From the NCBI GenBank assembly GCA_964199315.1, contig OZ116702.1:9114001-9178000 (forward strand): 64,000 nucleotides of DNA, in the 5' to 3' direction. The first letter of the stretch is position 1. Every line of letters starts with the position of its first letter. The DNA is from Orbicella franksi. Its lineage: Eukaryota. Below, piece by piece: positions 50,799 through 63,413 of this stretch. Position numbers and translations under genes: made by a program. The notes beneath the pieces are model-generated. The model was not told the origin of the DNA. It did no database searches and was given only the letters and a program-made list of their open reading frames with translations.

Positions 50799-52332
50799 CT
50801 TACAAGCCTCAAATCTCTCCGAGTAAAGGGAACTTAACGTCAGTAACTGAACACCTCTATGAGGTACTTATTTTGCGAGGAATGAAGCCGACAGTGCCAA
50901 GACCTTGATAGAGATTGAAATAATCGAGTAACGGACTTCCGAAAAACGCTCATAATGGCTTTTTTGATATTCATGACTCATACTGTAGTTTCAGCAATGC
51001 TTTAGTTAATTTTAAGCAATACATGTGGATGTCGAACGTATTTTTCCCGACTGCATCACCATACATTACGAACATTTATGGTTTACAGTTACACATTTTA
51101 AATCACCAATCAGCTTATAGAGGATGTTTAGAGGCACTCGGTACTGACTGAGGAATACGCCAAGAATGTTAACTGCACGGCGTAGAGGTGAGAGATTATA
51201 TATGCTCAGGTTTATGGATATTTATGAATTTTAGAATATTAAATTAGTCGATGGAGGTGTATGGGATACTGGCTTCGTATATCTAGCAATTAAGCTGAAA
51301 TTAATTGATTCAAAATACAATTACGAGAAGATGATACAACCACACCCTGCGAGAATTAAAGAGACTTCCTTTCTTTTCTACTTGGTGAGAGACGAGAGGA
51401 AATCTCTGCTCACAATCGTCCGTTATCCTATGGTGCAGGCGCAAATAAGCCAGCATGGCGCTTATGTCGTGCTTTGTCATGCGAAGCGTTTGCGCGCAAT
51501 CAAATCTTAGTTATTTTCGAAAATTTATTGAATTCCGGTCTATCCATCGCTTATTCGTTGAGAGACTACAGAAATTCCGTGAAGTTCTACGAAGTACTGA
51601 GCTACAAATAAACAGACGAATTAAACCGAAACTCGAGACCGCCCTTTCCTGTCTGCGTGCTAAGCAAACTGGAAGCTGGCTTCAGATAAACAAACCCTTA
51701 AGTTAAATAACCGGTCTATTAACCCTCACATTATGCTTCATCAGTTGACAATGAATAGCTTGTTAAGGTGATATCATGTACAACAACAGTTTCTGGAACT
51801 GTGCACAAGATCAAGGATTTCAAATCATTCGTCAGACTGATGAGTACGTGAAGAGACCATGTCACTGCAGGGTTGTTAATTGTAATTTTTAGCCAATCAC
51901 AGGACAGCAGATATTGTCGGCAGTCTTACAAACGAATAGCGTTTAGAATCCCATCCGTCATGCGTAAGTTATAAACCGGTGAAAACTTGTTAAAAACCGT
52001 TATTTTTCTAATTGTGGACGGCAGCTTGCCAATAATGGCCTCGTATACATAGCCTATAATTCAGGCTTACTTAAAATTATTAAAAGTGGCTGCGTAGCGG
52101 TTACGTGCAGCAGACATATTGAACCTGATTAAGTGGCATAGAAACAGTCGTATATTATCTTTTAAGTAATATTATTTAGTTTCAATTTAACTTTTCTCCC
52201 ACGTTGGCTAAAGGCCTGTTTACAAGTGAGGGAGAGTTACCCTAGCAAGCGCATTAACCCTAGCTGGAGGGCAAAAGATGGCCCAAGCAAAATTTCACAG
52301 ACAGGGTAACCCTACAATCCGGGACAACTTAA

Positions 52333-52974
52333 GGTGATTCCTCACATTTGCATTGCGCATCCTTACTGCGCATAATTTATGGCGTCATTAGCGCGCGTTC
52401 GTGCACGCGCACATTGAAAACATGGCGGATTTGCCTTGATATTGAGTTCTGTCAGTTGAAAAATGGCTATAGCTTACTAACGAGCTCGGGCACCCCCAAT
52501 TTTTTTTCCAGTCATTTTAATCAACTAATCATTAGCTTTGCGTGAGAAAAGACTGATCTGATTTCTATTGTTGAAGATTGAATAAATAAGGAAAATAGCA
52601 GTGCACTTTACTCTTTTCTATTTTGCAGTTTAATAGTCGTGGCTAGCAATTTGGTCCAATATTTTAACAAGGATTCAGCTGTCTGTCAAAATCAAACTTA
52701 AAAAGTTTATTTGTGTCCGACACAAGTATTGACTGTATTTTGAGGCGTGTTTTCTTGAGTCTGGGCTCACAAAGAGTTTACAATAACTTGGAATGCGTTC
52801 TTGTATTAAGCATTAAATAATGCTAAAGTGGGACATTTTTAATGCCTCACTGCTCCTTAACGAGCATGGGCACCCCCCTTTTTTATTTCATAATTAAAGT
52901 TCTCATATGATAAATATTCACTGGACAAAGTTTTAACAAAAATCTATCGGCAGTTTTATTTCAGGGGAATTACC
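52333..52974. mobile_element. TTAA-type non-autonomous transposon nested in an older MITE (~52213-53225)
   Basis: ttaa|GGTGATTCC ... GGAATTACC|ttga. The flanks on both sides carry GGGTAACCCT repeats of an element starting GGCCTGTTTACA. Confidence 0.65.
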
Positions 52975-54287
52975 TTGATGTGCGGTTACACTCAAAGGGT
53001 CTGGAAACAAATAGAAAGTTAACCCGGGTAGGCGGATCAACCCTACCCGGAGTGTTTACCAGGGAAAAAGTTAATCCGCCTGCCAGGGTAACCCTAACAC
53101 GCAGATAGGATCATAGAACAACCCGCCTACCCGAGTAACCCTGGCTACCTTGTAAACACGACGAAGGAAAAAAAGAGGAAATATCTGAGTGCTATGGTAA
53201 CCCATTATGTAAAAAAAACCCCTATAAAAGTCTTAAAATAGTTCATCTTTCCGAAACAACCTTGGTTGGCGACCTTTTTTAACCGTTACATTGTCTGGAT
53301 CAAAAAATTTCAATTCGCTAACATCTCTATTGTAATAAAAGCTATAGTTTCGGTAAGGTGTACATTTGAGTAAATACTAGCATGCAGATATATATTTAGG
53401 ACAATTAAGTTCAAATGAATCGAGCCAACTTGACCAACTTGGTTTTACATCGGTTCGCAAAATCTCCAGCAAAATAGGCAGGTAGAATCAAAGAAAAATG
53501 AAACATGACCGGCAAACTAGGGTTGGGGTATCCCGTAAGGACACCGTGAACAAATGTAGCCAATGGTCAGGTGAGTGTTTGAACTCGCTGTACTAGGGAC
53601 CTCCACAATAATTATAGAACTTAAGCACAGATATTACTGAGAGGCTGACGTCAACCAGAAGTCGAGTGTTATTGCTTTTTCGTTAAAAGAAAACCGAGTT
53701 GTAAATGCTAAAATGAGAGCCTTACAACCCATTGCTGGGAGTCGTAAAGCGATCTAAGAGTAAGAACATACAATTCCGGCTGATGTCCGTGGCTCAGGAC
53801 AACTTAACTAAATCCAGCAAAAAAATGATTTTCCTTTTATGTGCTATACTGTATAATAATAGCACGGCTTATTGACCTCGATGTTTTCCTTCCCTTTTTT
53901 TGTGTTTTACCCTCGACTGTATCTCCGTTCATATACACGCACAAAAGAAAGATCATCTCAGCCTCATGCTTCGTCGTATGGTAAAAAAAAAAACAATAAC
54001 TTGGAAATAACTAAACTGAGAATATTACACTTAATATCAGTTTTCCTGATAGCTGATCGCTGATCATACACAAATTTAGCATTAGACAATCAGCTGAAAG
54101 AAAGTGCCTCGAAATTCACATTTGAAAATTATGAATCTAAAAATAAAATGAAAGTTGTGTTCTTGCTTTGTTGATTGAACTATACTTGCGCACATCCACT
54201 ACTGGTGTTCGTCGGTCGCTTTTTGCTCCCGCTTCTGTTAGCTTTTCGCGCGAAGGCCCAACGCAAAAGAAGGGTTGCCTGTCGTCT

Positions 54288-55832
54288 CTACATACACAGC
54301 GACAAGCTTTTGTTGCGAAAAGCGTAGATCATCTCACGTAGCATGTTGTACTGCACTCTTAAGTAGCCATCCTTTCCCTGTAACACAGCCCATGGATACA
54401 GCATTCTGACTTCTTGTGCAATCACTCCGCAGCCCTCCCCTGTCAGTCCAAAGGATTTCTTCGCGTCTTCATTCTATTTCCAGCAGACTCCCCTGAGGCC
54501 AATATCGTTGTACTCCGAGTAAGGCAGAGTTGTTACGTTGCACTTGAGATTCTGATCACTCAACCAGTATCCACCCAACAAGAAAGTCACGAGATATGTT
54601 GCCCCAGTCTTCAAATCTTCCCAGTTATTGTTTTCCTCGTGTCTTCTTCTATTTTCTTCTTCCGCTCTTCTTCTGTCATCTTCCTCTTGTCTCCGTCTCT
54701 CTTCGTACTCTCTTTTTCTTTTCTGGTTAAGTGTGACCTTAAGATCTTCCCTGGCGTTGGTTATCTCATTTTCTAAGACACAGTCCTTTGTAAATTTATC
54801 CAAAGCATCTATCATCTTGTCTAGTATTCCTTGTGACCTTTGCCTGAAAACTGGCGTGATGTGCTTCTCATACGTTCGTCTGCAAATGTCCCTTTCTAAG
54901 GTTGCATAAACATCCCCGAAATCCCTCCAGGAGTCGTCGGAATTCATTGCTTCCACAACCTTTTCAGCGAGCTGTTTAAATGTTGCACCATCGAACATAC
55001 TTCCCTCAAGGCTTTTTTTATGCGGGGAATTTTGTAGGTTACTTGCCAGACTTTGAAATGCTTCCCAGTCAGACTTGCTAAATTTCTTTTGATCTTTAAG
55101 TAGTCGGCTGCAGTCGTTGATAGTAGGAATATGGCTGACTTCAATGGTATTCCTGGGAAAGTATTTTTCGATGATTTGGCCCTTTTCGCTGCCACGTTTG
55201 ACGATTTCATCACGGATTTTGTCGTTACTTGGAGGGTCCAGTTGAGTTCTTATTACAACTCGAAGTTTGGGGAAATATGACTGTACATTTTTATCTTTGA
55301 ACACCAGGTCACTCAAGCGTGCTATGCGATAAAGAAAGCCAGTGTCGCTATTTCCCACGATGTTTAATGCAAAAACATTTAACGCAGAAGACATCATGGC
55401 CGTAAACATACTGAGGCGATCCGTTACGCTATCATCACCCAAATTAGTGCCTTCCACATCCAGTAACAGAATGTTTCCGTTTTCATTTTTAGGTTTGATT
55501 ATATGTGCCCACACATTGCGCGTAACCGCATCGAATAAATCTCCGGTTTTAAAAATTTCTTCCACTACTGAATTTTCGTTTCTCTCATTCCAAATATGGC
55601 TGATTAAGTTCAAGGTGGTAGATTTTCCAACTCGTGCATTTCCAACGGCGGCAATAACTCGAATTGGTCCCTGGAGCTGCGATATTTTTTGCAGAATATC
55701 TTGGTTTAACTTGTAAATCGTTTCGTTGTCGACAGACTCAAGTAGAATCTTCGCTGCACTTCCTCTAGCGACAGAAACAAAGTAACCAGCGACCAAACAC
55801 GCTGCAAGAGTGAATAACAGCGAACAGCTCAT
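54288..55832 (-). pseudogene. GBP-like/S74 family copy 6, with an in-frame nonsense codon in S74
   Basis: Likely ATG at 55832 (MSCSLLFTLAACLVAGYFVSVARG). G1 GNARVGKST; G2 VTRNVW; G3 LLDVEG; tail TYLVTFLLGGYWL; S74 SDQNLK. TAG at 54474-54476 replaces the conserved Trp of CW(E/K)WN. The frame continues NEDAKKSFGLTGEGCGVIAQEVRMLYPWAVLQGKDGYLRVQYNML...SLCM to a stop at 54288-54290. Confidence 0.85.
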
Positions 55833-56131
55833 CGTTGAACTCTTTGCTCGCTGAATTATAAATCGAGATAGCCGTCCTCGAAATGTTGCAGGATTCTTGG
55901 AAAGATGAATAAACTCATGGATGACGTCATCCATGGCACTCCCTCACTCAACCTCGTTCCCAGGGTCCTCTCTCTTCCTCCCTCGAGAAAGTACCCTGGT
56001 TGCGGCTGGTCACGTGTTTGCTAGATTTTTGCAGATTCCAGAGATGTGATTGAAGGGAAGGGCTGGAAAGTTAAAGTTTTTCTCGCACTGAGCTTGCCTA
56101 CTGCGCCCAGTAGGGAGTGGAATTTGTAGAT

Positions 56132-56900
56132 CGGCAAAAATCACAGCGAAGCCGAAGGCATTGACTCATTCGATGTAGGAGTTCAATGCGTTCAATGTTC
56201 GGCTAAAAGGTTAGCTCAGCATTTAGCTGAATTTTCCCCGTCGATAGTTGAACGGTTTTTGGAATTTGAGGCAGTGAAAAAATTTGGCAAAGAACTTGGA
56301 AATGACGACCACCACAATAAATGGACCGCGCGGTGAATTTAATTTTATTTTTCATTCGGCAAAATCACAACGAAGGTATTTACTCGTTCCGTTAGAGTTA
56401 AATACGTCGTATGTTCGCCTACAAAGGTAGTTTTGAATTTGATTGAATTAATCTCTTCGACAGTTTGACGGTCATTCCATTCTCTTGCGGCGAAAAATTC
56501 TACGAAGAACTTGACATCAACAACGTCTGCGTGCTGAATTTTAAAGCTTGATTTAGCTTAAGCTTATATTTTTCGATCGGTAAAATCACAACGGCGGCAT
56601 TGATGCATTCGTTTAGAGTTTGATACGTCCAGTGTTTGGCCAAGAAACTAACTCTGAATTTGATTGAATTCATCCAATCAAAAGTTTGACGGTTATTCGA
56701 TTCTCTTGCAGTGAAAAATTTTATGAACTGGACAACAACGACATCGGCCGCGCGTTTGCAAAATCCAACGGCTTTCGTTTCAAAACTGTTTAGCGGTAAG
56801 TTCAATTTTCGGTCAAGAGACTAGCTTCTCATTAAATTGAATGCATCCCATCGAAAATTTGACGGTTATTTAATTCTTGTGCTGTGAAAAACTGATTAAA
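56132..56900. repeat. Diverged ~220-bp tandem repeats inside the TIR element
   Basis: Units start CGG(C/T)AAAA(A)TCACA(G/A)CG at about 56132, 56357 and 56578, with a partial unit near 56845. Confidence 0.75.
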
Positions 56901-57124
56901 CCAATCCGAAGCAGGCTGTTAACAGCTATTTAAAAAAGAAGTGAAAATAAGCAAACTTCCCTCTCAGTCAACATCTCATACCTATAGAAGTTCAGAGAGA
57001 AACGAAGCACCGGTCAAGCAGGATTTCTGAAAAATAACTTGCTTAGCTTTCAAAATAACGTCTGCAAGGCAGCGCAGCTCTCACCTCCATAGACAGTGTT
57101 AACAAAATTAAGTCAGACCCACCC

Positions 57125-57752
57125 TGTGAGTGAGTGAGAACTTTATTAAAGTGTCAAAAACCTTAGCCTGGAAATAATACACCATACTAATTAGGGGACA
57201 CTGCTAAAAAACTATACTAATACTAATATTAATACATTAAAAAAATAAATGACTCGAAGGGCATTATGTGCAGCATAGGATGCAGCCCTTACAGCCGGTT
57301 TCCATTAAGCGAGTTATATCCCTTTTGCGAATATAGTTTGTAAAAGCCTGCAGTGTCTTGGCTGATCTGTCAGTCATAGACAGTTTGCCCCATAATTTGG
57401 GTCCTACATAACGCAGAGAGTGCTTCCCATAAGTAACAGTGTTGTATCTAGGAGTAGAAAAATCTGATTGTCTCAGGTTGTATGCGGAAGTATGCTCGTT
57501 AAAAATGTTACAGATGTTATTAGGACATAGTCTATGTTTAACTTTATACATGAGAATACAGATGTCTTGTAAACGCCTGTTCGCTAGAGTTGGCAACTTG
57601 GCTCTCTCCAGTAGCTGAGTATAGCTAGCATGCTTGTCCTTGAAAACGGCCCTCAAGCCCCTTTCCCGTAGTCGTTCAAGTTTACGTGCATCGCTAGCTC
57701 TGCAAAAGTGCCACACTAGGTGACAATAAGTAAGGTAAGGTAGTACAGCTGC
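57125..57752 (-). mobile_element. Non-LTR retrotransposon 3' fragment (CR1/L2-like ORF2 C-terminus), nested in the TIR element
   Basis: Reads AVLPYLTYCHLVWHFC...KLERL.ERGLR..F...Y..LL..AKLPTL..RR..DI..LMYKV...YNLR...P.YNTV.YG..SLRY.GPKLW..L, followed by a short 3' UTR and a (TCAC)n-like tail. Confidence 0.8.
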
Positions 57753-57932
57753 AGATTTGATTTGTATGCATAGACACGTGACCAGCGGCAAGCAGGATAC
57801 TTTCTCGAGGTAGAGAGAGGACCCTGGGAACGAAGTTGTCCCTCACTCACTCTATTGCCAGATTTTATACGTTAGGGAACTGGAATCAAGTTTCGTTTTT
57901 TCCCGGACGGAAGTGGCGCCATAAATATAATA

Positions 57933-59464
57933 ATGAGAAAGCACACTGGATGGCACCGGAACTGTGCCAGTGCTTTATGTAAAAGCAATTTTCGTACAGA
58001 AGGTGTCACTTGTTACCCGTTACCGCCCGACCTTGAACTGCGAAAGGACTACGCAAACGGCTAGTTCTCATGAAAGATAATGTAAACTGGCACAAACATG
58101 TAATTTGCAGTGCCCTTTGGAGTACAGGAAGAAAATATAAAGACCAATTACCAGACGTAATTTGTACGCGGGAGTATGCTGAAAAAATAGCGGAGGAGTA
58201 CTCCAAAACACCAACTGCCGAGTTGAAACGAAAACTTAAATGTGCAAGGAGATTGCTGTCTTCAACGTCGTCTAACGTGAACTGTCCTCCCAGGAAAGCT
58301 CCTACGAGCAGGACGCCACTTCCTTCGCCTCCAGTTAAAAAGAGACGAATTTCATTAGAGAAACTTCATGAGCAAAATGCCGCCTTAAAGTGCCAAGTTG
58401 AAACCCTGACGAAAGAGCTAGAAGAGAAAAGGAGGTGTATTGATAGTTTGCAACGGGAGCTTACAAAAAGTCAAACAGAACTGAGGCATAATTCACTGTA
58501 TTATCAACAACAGCTTGCTGCAATGAAAATGGCAATGAAAATGAAAGAGTTTAATTATGAATCGCTCAAGCAATTCCCCCATAAAAGTTTTTTATGACTG
58601 GTTTAACAAAAACTGAATTTGACTGTCTTTTTGAACGTGTCGAACCTTTCCTGGACACAATAATTTATCCAGACTGCAAAGACAGTGAAAATTCATCACA
58701 TCTCAGGAAACTAGACAAAAAAACAGAACTCATGTGCTTTCTTTTAACAATTTGCAGAGATGCACTGCACCCTTGAGGTGATGGCTTGGATGACTGCCAC
58801 CAGTTCATCAACAATGTCCAGGATCTTTGTTGGTTGGTGCGTGTTTCTGAGTAAGTATTTTTGAGTCCATGGAGATGACGCTTCTACCTGGATTTGTGGA
58901 GAAATATATGCCAAAAGACTTTGCGGAGGCAGGGTGCAGTGATACTGCAGTCAATGGTGATGCAACAGAAGTTTGGATTCCTCAGTCTGAGAATTATGAC
59001 TTGAACAATATTACATTCTCAAGTTACAAGAACCATACAACAGGAACAATATGCGTATGGACGGTGCCAGCTGGGTTCCTTATCCATTGCACAGATGCAT
59101 ATCCTGGAAGTACAACTGACTCGGACATAACCAAACAGTCACAAGTACTAGATTATGTCCGTAAAGGCAAGATTGTCATGACTGACAAAGGGTTTAACAT
59201 AACAGATTCTTGCCATCAGAGGGGTATTCTGCACAACAGGCCCCCATGAAATTTAATTTACAGTTTGACGAGAAAGAAATTGTGAAGAATTTTGATATTG
59301 CAACTCTCAGAATATATATCGAGAATTACATTGGCAGGGTTAGAGACTGGCAAATATTGAACAGGTGCTGGCCAAGTACTAGAATTGATTTATTAGGTTG
59401 TTGCTTTCAAATCTTTGCATATATTGTTAACATGGTAAAGAAACCTGTTGGACCAAAGAGGTAA
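57933..59464 (+). mobile_element. Frameshifted THAP + DDE_Tnp_4 transposase (ISL2EU/Harbinger group)
   Basis: THAP-like CASALC...YPLP...ICSALW; coiled coil; HTH-like LLTICR...; catalytic motifs GDATE, SSYKNHTT, AYPGSTTDSDI, MTDKGF, LRIYIENYIGRVRDWQIL. Several frameshifts. Confidence 0.82.
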
Positions 59465-59799
59465 ATAACATTGCTGTGGAAAGTCTTTTGAAAAGTTGAA
59501 TAGAAAAATTGTCCTCCAATTAAATTTGTATTCGCAATCTCAGAACGTATTGACAGTCCAACAGGACAGCAACAGGAAATCATTGCTACATTGTTCATCC
59601 ATTAAATTGATTGAATGAATTTGTTTATCTGAACACAACTTTTTGTACCTGTTTTGCCGTACAGTTTACCCACGACCTAAAACTGCGCAATGAGTCAACG
59701 TTACGTATATTACCCAAAATGAACAGAGGGGGTAAGTTTCTAAAGAAACTCTGGTGCTGCGTCGATGAGTATAACAAAATAATTTGGTTTTATCAACTG

Positions 59800-61092
59800 G
59801 GTTGATAATGTGAATTGGCCACCGTAAAGAGATTCGAAAGCTGACGTTTCCAGCGTTAGCCCTTCGTCGGAGCGAATCGAGGAATTGTGGGTTGTGTGTG
59901 GTTTGTATACAGAAAGATAAAGCTACGCTATTGGTTGGTGCACAGTAACGTAAAAGACAACAGATTAAATTAGTTGAATGAAAAGCGTTCGTTGATACCG
60001 TGAGGATTAAGAGTGCCGATTTGAAAAATAAACTTTTGTTCTAGAGTTTTGCGGCTTTCCGTGCAAGTTCCTTCACGTAAGGAAAGGCCGCAGACTGCCA
60101 TATGTTGCTTAGAATTCATGATTGGGGAGATTAAAGTGTCTCGCGACCGGTTTAAATGTGTTTTTGTCGTCTTTCTGTACGTCACGAAGGTGTTCTCGGA
60201 ATCGCTCGCCTAGTCGTCTCCCTGTTTCGCCGATGTATGACTTTTTGCAAAGAGTGCACGTTATGTAGTATTTGACATTGGCTGAGGTACAGGTGAAATG
60301 ATCAGTGATCTTGATGGATCGCTTGGGTCGCGATATTTTCTCAGCGTTGTGAATGAAAGGACATGTTTTGCATCGTGCGCGTGCGCATTTAATAGTTCCG
60401 GGTTGATCACTTGTTTGGAATGCACTTCTGACTAAAAAGTTACCTTTGTTTTTGTCGCGTTTGAATGAAATTAATGGAGGTTGCGAAAAGATTCTACCAG
60501 TATCGGGATCATTTTGAAGTAATTTAAAGTTTTTTTAGAATGATGGAGTTTACTGTGTGGTTGTGAGGGTGAATGGAATTGATGACTGTATCGGCGCTAC
60601 CTATTCTACGAGAGAGGACCTCGATCAATTTATAACTGCTGTCAATTCGTTTCTTCCTGCTCTTAAATATACCTCGGAAATTTCCGATACTTCTTCAGCA
60701 CTTCTGGATATCAAAGTTTCTATCGAAGGCAACGGTTTATGCACCAGTGTGCACTACAAACCCACAGATTCCAACAGTTATTTGTTGCATTCACCTGCAC
60801 ATCCATCACATGCCAAGAATTCCATTCCTTACTCTCAGTTTCTTAGACTTCGTCGTCTTTGTAGTGATGACTCTGATTTTTCCTTAAAATCAGAGGAAAT
60901 GTGCGATTTCTTCGACAAACGTGGCTACCCTGCTTTTGTTGTTCAAGCGGGCCATCATCGCGCCCAACAAATTGATCGACAGTCAGCACCACAAACGTCA
61001 CAGAAGGAAAATAATGATAGAATTCCATTCACCCTCGCATTTTACCCTCACAACCACGCAGTAAAATCCCTCATTCTAAGAACTTTAAATTC
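59800..61092. mobile_element. Penelope-like retroelement fragment in an inverted two-part arrangement
   Basis: Plus strand 60579-61092: RT C-terminus IDDCIG...LDIKV...TSVHYKPTDS.SYL..S..HP.H.KNSIPYSQFLRLRRLCS. Minus strand ~59970-60578: GIY-YIG region CARARCKTC...YYITCTLCKKSYIGETGRRLGERFREHL, then the 3' region. Confidence 0.85.
59840..59870 (-). ncRNA. Degenerate Penelope-associated hammerhead ribozyme core
   Basis: Minus strand reads CCGACGAAGGGCTAACGCTGGAAACGTCAGC, compared with the core CUGAnGA-stem II-GAAA. It has U>C in the core and a stem II mismatch. Confidence 0.5.
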
Positions 61093-61199
61093 TTAAGCTT
61101 AAGAATATGATCTGTAATTTCTTTCATAACATCAATCAACAGATTGTTTCTTTTTATATATAAAAAAAAATTAGAGCATTTCTTTTCTGGGAGATAGGA

Positions 61200-61900
61200 C
61201 TGTAAGAAAGTTATCTGTCCTCCAGTGCAACACATTTGGAAATTTGTTTGAATGACATGTGAGCCTGTGACTTTCTCCAAAGGCATTACAGCATTCTCTG
61301 CCCTTGTCTTCACTTCAACAAGAAATGCTTGCAAAGCCATAGTTTGGATCACGGGGGTGTCTGAAAAATCCACAGCTTGACACAGGTGAACCTGTATGTT
61401 ATATTATAATGCAAGAAATATTAATAGAAATTTGGATTTTAAATTTTTCTCCAGATATTGGTAATGTACTTCCCCTTTTTTGCCTTCTCTTCTTGTTAGC
61501 AGGCAAGGGAACATTGAGTTTTAATGCGCTCATCAATACGCTTGACAGATATGTATCTGATATTATTACATTCTTTGCGTGTTAACCACTTGCCTTCCTG
61601 ATCTCGCGTTCCTAAATATTTTAACCGAATATGACAAGTAGTCGTGAGTTTTGATTCCCTACCTTTTGTTGGTCGGTGCCATTTCTGTAATTTATGAGCA
61701 CATCTCAACGACAAAAAGAACTCGTTAAATTGTGTCAAATGCTCGAGCTGAAGAAGTATTACAATGACATGATAACAACGACCGCATTTGCCTACTGGCC
61801 ACTCGCAAAAACCCTTAAGAGGAATGTTGTCGACGAAAAGGAGAGTAACTGTCCGAGTTAGTTGCGATGAAAAGCTAAAAAATGGTTGATTTGACGAATA
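61200..61900 (-). mobile_element. Relic of a SWIM-finger ORF, probably the convergent second ORF of the ISL2EU-like element
   Basis: GFCEWPVGKCGRCYHVIVILLQL...CAHKLQKWHRP resembles CxC...CxH SWIM plus the CT(S)xxQxWHxP motif typical of these ORFs. It is convergent on the transposase and separated from it by the Penelope insertion. Confidence 0.5.
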
Positions 61901-62900
61901 GTTTGTTTCGAAAACGTTCTCCAAACAGGAGGAATTTGAAAATGATATGCCGGCTAAGTGTGGACGGAAAACATTTTGAAAACATAGCTTTTCGAAAACG
62001 ATGACGTCACGATAATCATGTGATTTTCCTGTCCGAGGTTATCCAAAATGACCATTGACTGTTGCGTTTTCAGATCTCTCCGGCACTGTGTGGACGGAAA
62101 ACCTTTTGATGCGTTTTCGGGCCAGAGTGAAAACAGCAATTTCAATGATACTTTCTCCGGCGTACGGTGAACAGGCCCAGAAGCAGCGAATTCGCTTTAG
62201 GGAATCGAGCCTTCGGAAATGTATGAGATAAAATTTTAGTTAATACGACCTTTTCTAAAAGGTGCGTAAAGTTTTTAAAATTACTATTACTACTATTATT
62301 AAGATTACGTAAAGTTATTAAAATAACTTTACGTAATCGCTTATAATTGTGTTTTTGGCTTAAATCGGGAGTTGCTTTGTGCCTTATTCTTTGGTTATGT
62401 TTGGTTACATCCTGATTACACTATGTTCTGGTTCTGTTACGTTCATCGGAATAAACGCTACTGTTTGGACCCAAGTTCTTAACCTCCAATTGACGTTAAG
62501 CGAGATCGAGTGAATGTGTCGAGGACCCCTCCCCTTATAGATACAACGCTTTTACATAATGATTTGACGTGAGCGGACTGGTGACAGGGGAGGGGGTTAG
62601 GTTTGTCACTGGGGATGTCACTCGATCCATTGAATTCATAGAGAAAAATAAACTGGATAACCGTGACTTTTCAGCCAATTGTATGGGTATCATACTGTCA
62701 TTCTTTCACGGCTTCAGCATTAACAATTTCAGGAGTCTATTTAATTTGTTTAAAATCCATCCCCCTAAATGTCAAAATCTTTTGCCCTTACCTATAGATG
62801 ATTTGGCACTCGGGTCAAACTGAACATTTGAGGAGGAAGGCCAAAGAAAGAACTTTTGCTATCTACGCAGTGATACACAAAGAATGTCTTCAAAATCTGC

Positions 62901-63196
62901 AAGTAAGTAAACGGTAAAGCCTGCATACGAGCCTAGTGGCCCATCAAGCCGGAGCTTATTCCGGTTTCTGTAGGATGACGCGACTAGGAGTATTTCTACT
63001 TCCCCCTGGATGGGATGCTAGTCCATCGCAGGGTTACCCCCAGCATTAAGTTCGCCGCTATACCCATTTATACACCTGGGTGGAGAGCGGCACTGTGAGA
63101 GTAAAGTGTCTTGCTCAAGAACACGATACAATTTTCCCGGCCAGGACTCGAACCCGGAATGCTCGATCCAGAGACGAGCGTGCTAACCATGAGGCC
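62901..63196 (-). mobile_element. tRNA-derived SINE
   Basis: Minus strand starts GGCCTCATGGTTAGCACGCTCG...GGTTCGAGTCC (A/B boxes), followed by the body GTGTTCTTGAGCAAGACACTTTACTCTCACAGTGCC. Confidence 0.85.
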
Positions 63197-63413
63197 TCAG
63201 TTAAGTAGTTTCAATGTAACTTTTCTCCCACTTTAGTAAGTAGACTTTCAGAGGTTTTGCATTGCGTGTAAACTTGAATCAAAACTAGAAAAAAAAAAGA
63301 CTAGTAACCAAACAAAGAAACATAATCACAGTTAACCAGCCACCTAAAAACTTAAGGATTAAAAAATGCAGTCAGAGTCAAGGGCGGGATAACAGTCACC
63401 ATTCTTTTTTTAG

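Larger units (their letters stand above)
55949..57838. mobile_element. Non-autonomous DNA transposon with ~65-bp TIRs and a 9-bp TSD (Mutator-like by TSD length)
   Basis: Left end CAACCTCGTTCCCAGGGTCCTCTCTC...GGTCACGTG; right end CACGTGACC...GAGAGAGGACCCTGGGAACGAAGTTG. TCCCTCACT is duplicated at 55940-55948 and 57839-57847. Confidence 0.85.

Noticed and set aside
30250-55832. GBP-S74 genes as bacterial or phage contamination
   Set aside because: They are interleaved with host SINEs and MITEs, have eukaryotic signal peptides and 5'-UTR acceptors, and are contiguous with the intron-rich SENP gene.
55833-55934. Upstream ATG extension of copy 6 (MDDVIHEF...)
   Set aside because: It would bury the signal peptide. 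An acceptor-like site lies between the two ATGs, and the paralogs start at the leader.
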